A stretch of 35,117 bases of DNA from a virus (lineage: Duplodnaviria; Caudoviricetes), in IMG/VR virus record IMGVR_UViG_3300015050_000934, positions 1-35,117 of that record, one strand, 5' to 3'. Positions 1-7,341 of the stretch are shown piece by piece. The notes beneath the pieces were generated by a model that saw nothing but the letters and a program-made list of their open reading frames with translations, was not told the origin of the DNA and did not search any database. The stretch's first letter is position 1, and every line of letters begins with the position of its first letter. The position numbers were made by a program, and so were the translations under genes.

Positions 1-12
1 GACCATGCTCAT
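1..12 (-). CDS. 5' end (MSMV...) of the next late gene, probably portal; truncated by window edge
   Basis: ATG immediately follows the terL TAG. Product inferred only from gene order. Confidence 0.35.
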
Positions 13-2706
13 CTAGTACCCTGTCACGCTGGATTGGCCACGATGTACCGGAGCCGGTTCGCTATACTGCAAATCATACCCCACAGGCACCGCAAATGTA
101 AGCGCCGCCGCGTCGCCCAAGTCGGGGCTAAATCCTAGCCGCTCCCTGATCTTGTCCTTCGACTCCAACGTCAGCTCATTGTTAGAGCTATGCCGCGTCG
201 CACCTGACCCCCACACAGCCGAAGTCTCGTCAGCGTGGAACACATCATCATCCGGAACCTGAACCCCTGCCGGGTCCATGTACCAATCCCGCTTGATATC
301 CCACATTTCAGCCCGGCGATTGGCGTAAAGCTCGTCACCGGTCGGGCCAATACCCAACGGACTAGACCCAAAGTTCACCGCATTGACCCGGTGACTTAGC
401 CCCATCTCCGCGAGCCTGTCGTAAACGCCCGCACCCAGCCCGCCTACGTCGATGTTCATGATGGCTTGGGGGAACTTCTTAAGCAGGCCGAACGCCTTGC
501 CAGCTACCACCATCAAGTCTCTGTCGTCCCACCGCTCGCAAACGAACGAACCCATCACCCGGCCCACACGATCAACCACGCCGGTCTTATCACCACCACC
601 CCGCGCAGGATCGAGACCAATCACCATCGTTCCAATGGGCGGAATCTTGTTCTTACGGGCCACAGCCACAGCAGGCGACGGAATGAAGCTGTTACCCGCC
701 GTCTGAAACGCCTCATCAGCACTAGCCGGGAACTCTTGCATGAACTTCCAGCAGGCCTTGTCGTCAGGCTCACCAATAGCCGAGGCCATGTCACGGTTTT
801 TGCAGAACGCCCAATAAAGCTGCTCACGGGTTAGCGCATTGCTATGCTGGTATTGCTCCCAATCACCGGGCGGGCACCAATCCTCCGGGGCTTCCCGCTC
901 GTAATCCTCGCCCCAATACCACGGGACAAAGATTGCCTCCTCATCGCCATCGCCACGCTGCGCAGCCGCGTAACGCCGCTGGAACACGTTGCCGATTCCG
1001 TTCGCCGTACTCTCCAACAGGCGCTCAGTCCCCGGCACGTCGGCAATAGCTTGGAACGCCCCGTCAATGTGCGTCTCAGCGTTAGGCCAGAACCCAACTT
1101 CGGAGTTATGCGTCGCGCCATGAATGGTGCAGTACGAGTGGTCATCGTGGTCCACCTCAAAGTCCATGACCTCGACCAGACCAACCGACACCTTCTCAAC
1201 CACCGGAAGCCAAGCGTAACCACCTGACACTTCGACCGATCCATAAGCGCCCGTGCGCTGCCGGATTGCAGTCAGCCAACCAATCTCCGACGCCAACCTG
1301 TCAACGCCTTCGCCGGTCAAGCGTAGGGTCCACGCCTCCTTCTCGTTCCGCCCATACCGAACCGCAGCGGCTTTATAGGCAATCGACGCCCATCCGTAGC
1401 CAAGCGCCGCCAGCGCGTCACGCATCCCGATAGTGATAGCCGACCGGATGCTAGGGGCAGAGATACGCCGCGTCAGTGCCTCGCTATGCCCGTCGCCTGC
1501 AAGATACCCATGCACAAGGCCGCGCGCGAACGCTTCACCGCTCCGACACCACGCCGCAGGCATCCTCTTGCTATCAACGGCCCCGCACAGCCCCTCGACA
1601 AACGTAGCGAAGGACCGGCCATAGACCGTCACCGTGCACGTCTTAGAATCCGACCTGTTAGCAACCCGAACAGACCGGAACATATCTGCCAGCGGCTTAA
1701 GCCATTCGACGGTTCGATCTACCTCGCGCTCATGAACGGTGAACGTCACCGCACTAGGGACGCCAGACGACTGACGCGCGATTGAGCCTTCCGCCAGATA
1801 CAGGCCAAGCACCCGGCCTAAATCATACGAGGGCGACACCGTGTTAGGGCCAACCTCTCGCGACCCGCCACCTTGAGGCCGGAAGCTATCAGGCAAACGG
1901 AACGGCCAGACTAACCCATCGTCCACAATCTCAGCGACCGGGAAGCCGATGCAATCCCCCTCCGCTATGTCGCCTAGCTCTTTCCAGCCCTCGCGCGTCC
2001 AGAACCTATGTTCGTCCGTAGCAACCAGCGGGAAGCCTCTCAGGCCCTTCAGCGTGACCCGGTTAGCCTCTTTGGCTTGACGGCTAATGAACGTGACTGG
2101 CGCAACTTCGCCCGTATGCGTTCTGACCAACTCACCGACAGACCAATCCTTCATGGCCCGCAGTTTGCCCGTCAGGCCGTCAACGATAGGCGTGTCTATT
2201 CCAAGGCACCCGTGGAACAGCTGGAGCGTCGATGACCGGCCAACACCCTTAGTCCCTGCCGTCCCAACCGAATACGAACAGTCATTGTCAGCGAACGCCA
2301 ACTCCTTCGCGTTAGCCGCTTTCGTCCGGGGCTTCACGAACACAGGAGCGCCGTCATGGAACCGCTGGGCCATCGCGAACATATTGTCAGTCGCGGCCTG
2401 CTCATGCGTCAGGATGAACGCCTTAAGCCCCTGACCACCCCATAGACGCCAGTAGAACCGCCCTTGGATATACGTCGAGGCCCCGAGCTGGCGACCCTTC
2501 AGGATAATGGCCCTGACCTTACCCTTACGCCGCTGATCCTCTAGCCGTTGGTGGAGGTAGCGTTGCGCCCGGTTCAGGACGAAGGGCTTGATCTCGCCGG
2601 ACTTTGTGCGGATGCGGAGGACATTCCGCGAAAAGAATTCAAAGTCATCGCGGAGGCGCTGAACCTTGGCTTGCTCTTCGGGGCTTAGTTTGCCGTCGAA
2701 AGCCAT
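13..2706 (-). CDS. terL: Terminase large subunit containing an intein
   Basis: N-terminal ATPase (LKGRQLGAST Walker A region, LFHG/SEVGFW Walker B region, LESTANG motif III). C-terminal RNase H-like nuclease (IGLDPARGGGD, NIDVGGLGAGVYD, SPDLGDAAALTF). Confidence 0.95.
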   Translation of the reverse strand: MAFDGKLSPEEQAKVQRLRDDFEFFSRNVLRIRTKSGEIKPFVLNRAQRYLHQRLEDQRRKGKVRAIILKGRQLGASTYIQGRFYWRLWGGQGLKAFILTHEQAATDNMFAMAQRFHDGAPVFVKPRTKAANAKELAFADNDCSYSVGTAGTKGVGRSSTLQLFHGCLGIDTPIVDGLTGKLRAMKDWSVGELVRTHTGEVAPVTFISRQAKEANRVTLKGLRGFPLVATDEHRFWTREGWKELGDIAEGDCIGFPVAEIVDDGLVWPFRLPDSFRPQGGGSREVGPNTVSPSYDLGRVLGLYLAEGSIARQSSGVPSAVTFTVHEREVDRTVEWLKPLADMFRSVRVANRSDSKTCTVTVYGRSFATFVEGLCGAVDSKRMPAAWCRSGEAFARGLVHGYLAGDGHSEALTRRISAPSIRSAITIGMRDALAALGYGWASIAYKAAAVRYGRNEKEAWTLRLTGEGVDRLASEIGWLTAIRQRTGAYGSVEVSGGYAWLPVVEKVSVGLVEVMDFEVDHDDHSYCTIHGATHNSEVGFWPNAETHIDGAFQAIADVPGTERLLESTANGIGNVFQRRYAAAQRGDGDEEAIFVPWYWGEDYEREAPEDWCPPGDWEQYQHSNALTREQLYWAFCKNRDMASAIGEPDDKACWKFMQEFPASADEAFQTAGNSFIPSPAVAVARKNKIPPIGTMVIGLDPARGGGDKTGVVDRVGRVMGSFVCERWDDRDLMVVAGKAFGLLKKFPQAIMNIDVGGLGAGVYDRLAEMGLSHRVNAVNFGSSPLGIGPTGDELYANRRAEMWDIKRDWYMDPAGVQVPDDDVFHADETSAVWGSGATRHSSNNELTLESKDKIRERLGFSPDLGDAAALTFAVPVGYDLQYSEPAPVHRGQSSVTGY
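1105..2208 (-). mobile_element. Intein (368 aa) with LAGLIDADG homing endonuclease inside terL
   Basis: Starts C167 (CLGIDT), has block B ATDEHRF, LAGLIDADG motifs VLGLYLAEGS and LVHGYLAGDG, and ends THN followed by Ser. Removing it restores QLFHG-SEVGFW. Confidence 0.93.
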
Positions 2707-3098
2707 TCATGCACCGTATGCGTCTGCTCAGACTTATCGACCACAAGGCCATTGAGTTTCGCTACGTCCATCAGAGCGGCACGAGAAACCCCTAGGTGCT
2801 TTGAGTTAGAGGCGGTCGCCTCGCCCGTCTCACAGTCCAGCACGATCCCGGTCTTTTCGGCCACTTCAGCCAAGCGCAACAGACGCTCAGTGATTGACGC
2901 GACAGTGATTTCAGTCCGCGCGGCGACACGCTCAGCCATCTCCGAAACTCGCTGACAAATGTTCACATCAGCGGCAAGCCTTGCGGCAGCACTCCGGCTG
3001 TATTTGTAGCCCGCAGCCTCATAAGCGTCAGCTTGGCTTTTACCCTTGGCCAACTCTTGCGCGAACCGTTCATGCTTGGTGTTTTCGAGGGGAGGCAA
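2685..3098 (-). CDS. terS: Terminase small subunit
   Basis: KHERFAQELAKGKSQADAYEAAGY...AARL HTH typical of TerS, C-terminal AKLNGL motif, overlaps terL start. TTG start at 3098 preceded by GAGGAG. Confidence 0.88.
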   Translation of the reverse strand: MPPLENTKHERFAQELAKGKSQADAYEAAGYKYSRSAAARLAADVNICQRVSEMAERVAARTEITVASITERLLRLAEVAEKTGIVLDCETGEATASNSKHLGVSRAALMDVAKLNGLVVDKSEQTHTVHEWLSTAN

Positions 3099-3099
3099 G

Positions 3100-3345
3100 C
3101 TAGCCTTGCTCCTCGGGACAACCTTCAAGCAGCCACTTTGAGGCGTAGCTAATGTCCCACAGACAATCAGGCGCATCGCTATTGGAGGCCATGTAGATAC
3201 GGCCTTCATCGGTGAAGCCGATAACCGTTACCTTGGCAAGCTTGGCTGTCGTGGCGGCGCGGAGAACCTTGTTGGCTTCCATGCGATTGCGGCGCGTGAT
3301 GTTGACGGCCTTGAGGTAACTTACCTTGCGAGGTCGTGCGGTCAT
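3100..3345 (-). CDS. Hypothetical phage protein (81 aa)
   Basis: ORF abuts terS, plausible composition. Confidence 0.7.
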   Translation of the reverse strand: MTARPRKVSYLKAVNITRRNRMEANKVLRAATTAKLAKVTVIGFTDEGRIYMASNSDAPDCLWDISYASKWLLEGCPEEQG

Positions 3346-3412
3346 TCGTGACGCCCTGTGATCTAGTCTGGCCGCTTAACCTTAGTGCCGTAGCTCGGGT
3401 GTAAGCGGGGTT

Positions 3413-3441
3413 AATATGGACTAGGTTGACGGGATAGGCAA
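3413..3441 (-). promoter_or_regulatory. Putative sigma70-type promoter for the terminase operon
   Basis: TTGCCT-N17-CATATT on the minus strand, just downstream of a terminator-like hairpin. Confidence 0.45.
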
Positions 3442-3447
3442 GGTCAG

Positions 3448-3485
3448 CAGAAAGCCCGACCGGCGCTAGGCTGATCGGGCTTCTG
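3448..3485 (-). terminator. Intrinsic terminator-like hairpin (possibly bidirectional)
   Basis: GCCCGATCAGC/GCCGGTCGGGC stem followed by TTTCT on the minus strand. Confidence 0.55.
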
Positions 3486-3504
3486 GTATTCTATCGGCTT
3501 TGAA

Positions 3505-3585
3505 TTATTCCCAGTCCCGGATCACCGCCACAACCGCTGAAACACAACAGGCAATGGCGATGATCGTGAGAAGGAATCCGGTCAC
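3505..3585 (-). CDS. 26-aa single-TM microprotein MTGFLLTIIAIACCVSAVVAVIRDWE (not in ORF track)
   Basis: GTGA overlap with the upstream stop. Hydrophobic helix. Ends before the terminator. Confidence 0.5.
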   Translation of the reverse strand: MTGFLLTIIAIACCVSAVVAVIRDWE

Positions 3586-3827
3586 TTCTTGGCCTTCTTC
3601 GGTCCTTTCAGCACCTGCCCGGTGGTCGTATTAACCATTTCATCCGGGATTGGCGGCTCGCCCATAAATCCGCGCTCTTGGCCATGGTCCTGACTGGCGC
3701 GGGCAATCTCTCGCCAGAACTCCTTTTGGCTTTCCGTGGCCTCTTCCCAGTTTGCATACGGGGTGTCGGTGAGGACGCCTCGCAGCGAATGGGCCTTGTC
3801 GGCCAGCCTTTGCGCTACCTTGTCCAT
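3582..3827 (-). CDS. Hypothetical protein (81 aa)
   Basis: Starts 2 nt after the upstream stop, basic C-terminus. Confidence 0.7.
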   Translation of the reverse strand: MDKVAQRLADKAHSLRGVLTDTPYANWEEATESQKEFWREIARASQDHGQERGFMGEPPIPDEMVNTTTGQVLKGPKKAKK

Positions 3828-3829
3828 TG

Positions 3830-4291
3830 TTAGACCTGGATCGAATAGGCAACGAACAGATTGACAGCCCCGTCCTGCGAACCCGCCGTACCGCCCGACG
3901 AGGCCACCGTGTAGTGGACCGTATTCGCCGGATTACGACCCGCGTAAACCACCGTCGCGTTGATCCAGCCCTGAGCCTTCACGTCCACATCGGCGATGTA
4001 CTGCTGACCGTTGGCAGACGAGCCAAGCCGGAAATTGGTGTTGGTCGGCGTGCCCGGAATGGCGGTCGGGGTCTCAAGGTAAAAATGCTCAACCACAGCG
4101 CCGGTCGGCATCGTGAACGTACCAGCCGAAGCGCCGTCAACGATAGTCGCGACAACCTTCTTGAAGCCTGACAGAGCAACGCCGCCAATCGTGGAGCCGT
4201 CAGTGGCCGTGATGAGGCCTGCAACCGGGCCTACAAAGCCGTCAGAAACAACCGTTCCCGTGCCTTGATCGTTACCGAAGTTCGTGGACAT
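3830..4291 (-). CDS. Putative virion structural/capsid decoration protein (153 aa)
   Basis: Start MSTNFG preceded by AGGA. Gly/Thr/Val-rich beta-type sequence resembling small head-associated proteins. Confidence 0.6.
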   Translation of the reverse strand: MSTNFGNDQGTGTVVSDGFVGPVAGLITATDGSTIGGVALSGFKKVVATIVDGASAGTFTMPTGAVVEHFYLETPTAIPGTPTNTNFRLGSSANGQQYIADVDVKAQGWINATVVYAGRNPANTVHYTVASSGGTAGSQDGAVNLFVAYSIQV

Positions 4292-4310
4292 TCTTTGTTC
4301 CTGATAAGAG

Positions 4311-4330
4311 AAAAGCCCCGCGAAGGGGCT
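4311..4330 (-). terminator. Intrinsic terminator
   Basis: AGCCCC-TTCGC-GGGGCT followed by TTTC. Confidence 0.6.
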
Positions 4331-4448
4331 AGGCCATGCCGTAGGGCTTACCCTTGGGTCCGCCGACGTTTGTAGGGATGCCCATAGCAAGGCGCTTATG
4401 CTGGTTAATCAGCTTCGGTTGCATCTTGGGCGAAGGCTTGTTCTTCAT
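4329..4448 (-). CDS. 39-aa basic microprotein MKNKPSPKMQPKLINQHKRLAMGIPTNVGGPKGKPYGMA (not in ORF track)
   Basis: GGAGAC RBS, promoter upstream and terminator directly after the stop. Confidence 0.65.
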   Translation of the reverse strand: MKNKPSPKMQPKLINQHKRLAMGIPTNVGGPKGKPYGMA

Positions 4449-4498
4449 AATCTTGTCTCCGGACTAGCCACGCAGTCGCGAAGCATAGAGCGGGCTTG

Positions 4499-4527
4499 AC
4501 TATGCCTCACGCCGTCTTTTCGGTCAA
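4499..4527 (-). promoter_or_regulatory. Putative sigma70-type promoter
   Basis: TTGACC-N17-CATAGT. Confidence 0.6.
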
Positions 4528-4545
4528 GGCTTGGCTCCGGCCCAC

Positions 4546-4776
4546 TTAGAGGGGGTTGGTGGTCAAGGGTTGGGGACGCGGGTCTTCTTCGAGCGCGTTC
4601 GCGGCGATGAAAAGCGCCACACGAACAGCGGAAGCGTCGTCTTTCAGCCCCGCAAGCCGCTTGACCATGTCCAGATCGTCGCTCGCTCCCTTGGACAACG
4701 TGACCTCGACTCTCTTGCGCCCCTCTTGCTTGAGGATAGATCGGCGGATGGCTTTACGGGCGGTATCCGGGTTCAT
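4546..4776 (-). CDS. Putative ribbon-helix-helix DNA-binding protein
   Basis: KRVEVTLSK beta strand, then two amphipathic helices (DDLDMVKRLAG / DASAVRVALFIAA). Confidence 0.6.
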   Translation of the reverse strand: MNPDTARKAIRRSILKQEGRKRVEVTLSKGASDDLDMVKRLAGLKDDASAVRVALFIAANALEEDPRPQPLTTNPL

Positions 4777-4928
4777 TCGTAACCCTCATACTTTTGAGCG
4801 TCACGGTAGCGGTCAGCCGCGTTTGCGAAGCGTTCTGTTACGGCCTCGGTGACAGCCTGCGGATCAGGCTCGCCGTCCTCCGCTTCGTTGTAAAGCCGCT
4901 CGTATTCTTCAAACCAGATACCGCGCAT
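4773..4928 (-). CDS. 51-aa acidic microprotein (paralog of 12623..12772)
   Basis: MRGIWFEEYERL..., overlaps genes at both ends. Confidence 0.7.
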   Translation of the reverse strand: MRGIWFEEYERLYNEAEDGEPDPQAVTEAVTERFANAADRYRDAQKYEGYE

Positions 4929-5089
4929 CACGCGGCCCCTTTCGAGGCCACGTAATCCCACGCCGAGACGGTGCGGCCCGCGAGGTAACCATCCGGGAAC
5001 ACGACCGCGCGGCCTTCGCAGATACCCGCGTCAACGCCTTGAGCCTCAAGAGCGGCTACCAGTTTTTGGTCTTCGGTTTGGCTGAACAT
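4928..5089 (-). CDS. 53-aa hypothetical protein MFSQTEDQKLVAALEAQGVDAGICEGRAVV... (not in ORF track)
   Basis: GGGAGA RBS, promoter upstream, TGATG coupling to the next gene. Confidence 0.7.
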   Translation of the reverse strand: MFSQTEDQKLVAALEAQGVDAGICEGRAVVFPDGYLAGRTVSAWDYVASKGAA

Positions 5090-5095
5090 GATCTA

Positions 5096-5143
5096 GTCTC
5101 CCTTTGTTGAGACCATAAACCACGACCGGGACCGGTCCGTCAA
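5096..5143 (-). promoter_or_regulatory. Promoter with conserved CAACA..GGGAGAC leader (copy 1)
   Basis: TTGACG, a spacer containing the palindrome GGACCGGTCC, then CAACAAAGGGAGAC before the ATG. Confidence 0.6.
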
Positions 5144-5249
5144 GCCCTTTGGCTAACTTATTTTCAGCCGCTAATCAGCCCGGCTCTCTGGCAGATCAGC
5201 AGAGACACGGCGTAACCCTCCTGTGTGTGTTTGGAACGGTTGAGAAAGG

Positions 5250-5444
5250 CTAAGGTTGCTCTGGCTTGAGGTCTTCCGAGACTTCATCCGGCTGGATAGA
5301 AACGAAGAAGCCGGTAATCGTGCTTTGAATCCAGACAGCAGGCCCCACGCCGGTCATCACCACACAGACGACGCGGTAACGCTCGCTGCTGCTACCCCAA
5401 AGCACAATCGCCTCCGGGTAAAGCCAATCTAGCACGTCCGTCAT
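5250..5444 (-). CDS. Hypothetical protein (64 aa)
   Basis: ATGA overlap with the upstream gene. Confidence 0.6.
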   Translation of the reverse strand: MTDVLDWLYPEAIVLWGSSSERYRVVCVVMTGVGPAVWIQSTITGFFVSIQPDEVSEDLKPEQP

Positions 5445-5698
5445 TCCGGCTTCTCCTCTAGGATAGAGTCGATCATAGCGGTGAAGTTTCGCCCCGCCCA
5501 ATCGTACTCATCGTACGCCGCCACGTTGGAAATGCTTTCTGGAACCTCCCTTATAGCTTGAAGGGCAGCGCGTGCGAGGCTTTCAAAGCCTTTCCATTGC
5601 GACTCAGCAGCAGCCACGGCCCCCGCGTCGTTGTGACCAGTCTCGCAGTACCATTCAACCGCAATGGCCTTAGCGGCGAGTTCCAGCATCGTAGTCAT
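5441..5698 (-). CDS. Hypothetical protein (85 aa)
   Basis: ARAALQAIRE motif of the kind seen in small phage accessory proteins, co-directional with the operon. Confidence 0.75.
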   Translation of the reverse strand: MTTMLELAAKAIAVEWYCETGHNDAGAVAAAESQWKGFESLARAALQAIREVPESISNVAAYDEYDWAGRNFTAMIDSILEEKPE

Positions 5699-5717
5699 GG
5701 GATTACCTGATTGTTTT

Positions 5718-5753
5718 GGTTCACTTCTTCGCTTCGCTCATCCGTACCCACCG
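5718..5753. repeat. Cassette-boundary site A: GGTTCA-CTTCTTCGCTTCGCTCATCCG-TACCCACCG
   Basis: Inverted partner of site B (6230-6260), similar to site D (17398-17431). Confidence 0.7.
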
Positions 5754-5771
5754 CGCTTGCAGTGGTAGCTT

Positions 5772-6275
5772 TCAGCTGTTCCATCCGGGGCGCTCCACTT
5801 CCTTGCGGGCGTCAACGATGCAAGCGGCGCATACCCGACCAGCGAAACCAACGCGCTGTGTTTCCACGTCGGTCACCTCACACCGGCTACAAGTCCGGGT
5901 CGCGGCTTCTAGGACGGCCACGTCAAAGAAGGGCGGAACATCAACAGCGAGGCCGTCTGGCCCCCATGCGTAGATCATAGCGGTAGCGCCGCCCGATTCA
6001 TGCGTTCGCGCCAGCGTTTGAACCACCCACCCATCAGGGCCATGAAGCCGCATAGCGCGCTCTTCGCTCTCGCTCTCGCCGTAGGTCGGCTCATGTGACC
6101 AGCCTGCCGCTATGGCGTCTGAACGCCACTGACGGACGCCCATAAGCGCGGCAGCAGATTCAGCCGCCGTGCGGTTTCCATATTCTCCCTTCGGCAAGAA
6201 GGGATAAGCGTTGCCGCCAGATTGGCCCTCGGTGGGTAAATCGCCTTGGCGATTTGAACCATCCTTATCAGTCAT
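5772..6275 (-). CDS. Hypothetical protein with C-terminal CxxC...CxxC zinc finger; cargo between sites A and B
   Basis: CSRC and CAAC motifs, ATGA-coupled start. Confidence 0.75.
   Translation of the reverse strand: MTDKDGSNRQGDLPTEGQSGGNAYPFLPKGEYGNRTAAESAAALMGVRQWRSDAIAAGWSHEPTYGESESEERAMRLHGPDGWVVQTLARTHESGGATAMIYAWGPDGLAVDVPPFFDVAVLEAATRTCSRCEVTDVETQRVGFAGRVCAACIVDARKEVERPGWNS
6230..6260. repeat. Cassette-boundary site B: CGGTGGGTA-AATCGCCTTGGCGATT-TGAACC
   Basis: Perfect internal hairpin, same arms and length as site C (17717-17747). Confidence 0.7.
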
Positions 6276-6604
6276 GGCTTAAGCCCCTCAAACTTGGCTT
6301 TCATTGCCTCATAACGCGCCCGGTCAGCACGCTCACGTTGGCGGCGGAAATCTTCAAACTGCTCCCGCTCTACGGCTTCTCTGGCGTGCATCTCGGCGTC
6401 GGTTTCAGGGCGTTGGACCCACATATCAACGGTGGGGTAGTCATCCGCGTAAGCACCTCTGTCTAGCTCCATGCGGAACTCAAGGCCCTCCGCTTCCGCG
6501 CCTTGTTGTTCAATCACGGACTGCATCTCGGCCACAAACTCCGCGAGCGGCATCGTGTAGTCGCTTTCGTCTGTTGACCAGACTCTAACGTATTGCCTCC
6601 TCAT
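6272..6604 (-). CDS. Hypothetical protein (110 aa)
   Basis: Acidic N-terminus and coiled-coil C-terminus, flanked by a 14-bp direct repeat. Confidence 0.75.
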   Translation of the reverse strand: MRRQYVRVWSTDESDYTMPLAEFVAEMQSVIEQQGAEAEGLEFRMELDRGAYADDYPTVDMWVQRPETDAEMHAREAVEREQFEDFRRQRERADRARYEAMKAKFEGLKP

Positions 6605-6607
6605 GGC

Positions 6608-6790
6608 TTAAGCCTTTCTATCTCTCATAGCGTTCCATTGCTTTTGGAAACTTCCGGGAACGTCGGAAAACCGATCTAGATGCTGGACAACAGGCATCCC
6701 CTGACCCTCTCTGAAGGCAAGCCATCGGTCACGGCTGGCCCTCGATAGTTCGCAGGAATACGAGCGAACAGAAAACAGCGGATCAATCAC
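6608..6790 (-). CDS. Hypothetical protein (60 aa)
   Basis: Fills the gap in the leftward operon. Confidence 0.5.
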   Translation of the reverse strand: MIDPLFSVRSYSCELSRASRDRWLAFREGQGMPVVQHLDRFSDVPGSFQKQWNAMRDRKA

Positions 6791-6971
6791 GGATGCGGCT
6801 CCTGACCCACTCTAGGCATTGCTCAAGGTCGCCAGCGAACAAGATCGGGCAATATGCTCCGCACGTTTCTTCCGTCGAGGATTGGTGGACATAATGGCCT
6901 TTTTCCTCAGCTGCACGGATTGTCAGCGCTCCGTACTTTGTGCGCGTCTGGCTTTCCAGTTGGTCATTCAT
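6783..6971 (-). CDS. Hypothetical protein (62 aa)
   Basis: Start MNDQLES preceded by AGGA. The upstream part of the tracked ORF overlaps another gene. Confidence 0.55.
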   Translation of the reverse strand: MNDQLESQTRTKYGALTIRAAEEKGHYVHQSSTEETCGAYCPILFAGDLEQCLEWVRSRIRD

Positions 6972-7014
6972 CGGCTGTAATCCTGTTTGGGGACGGTCCA
7001 CGGGGTCCACGTCG

Positions 7015-7341
7015 TTAGCGCACACGTTCCGCCGCCCGGTTGTTGGCGTTCTGTGTCCTCCACACTTCCATGCGGGCGTTGGCTGCTGCGTAGCGTTGCC
7101 GGGCTGTATAGTCCGCCTTTGCCTGCGCCCCGACCTTTGCCAGATGCTCCTTGAACCGCGTCTGCGCTCTCGCCCATTGCTCCCTCTCCGTAGCTGACTT
7201 GGCGTCGCTCTCTCCCATAAGCTCAGCAAGAACCGTTTTGGTTAGAGCGTCCAGATATTCATGCGCGGCCCGGTGCGCGGCCCCTGACTCATCGCCAAGG
7301 ACCGCCAGCACGTCGTGCATATCGTCGTCTGATACGAGCAT
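7015..7341 (-). CDS. Helical protein of the recombination module (possibly UvsY-like mediator)
   Basis: All-helical, C-terminal EVWRTQNANNR motif, directly after ERF and SSB-like genes. Confidence 0.6.
   Translation of the reverse strand: MLVSDDDMHDVLAVLGDESGAAHRAAHEYLDALTKTVLAELMGESDAKSATEREQWARAQTRFKEHLAKVGAQAKADYTARQRYAAANARMEVWRTQNANNRAAERVR

Noticed and set aside
3099-3209. Upstream extensions of tracked ORFs (terS to 3209, also 4390, 7229, 9474, 19564, 33179)
   Set aside because: They overlap neighbouring genes or promoters. Downstream starts have an RBS, stop/start coupling or promoter geometry.
4770-4786. GGTTCATTCGTAACC as a fifth cassette site
   Set aside because: Too short, lacks the TACCCACCG arm and a partner, and is explained by an overlapping stop/start junction.
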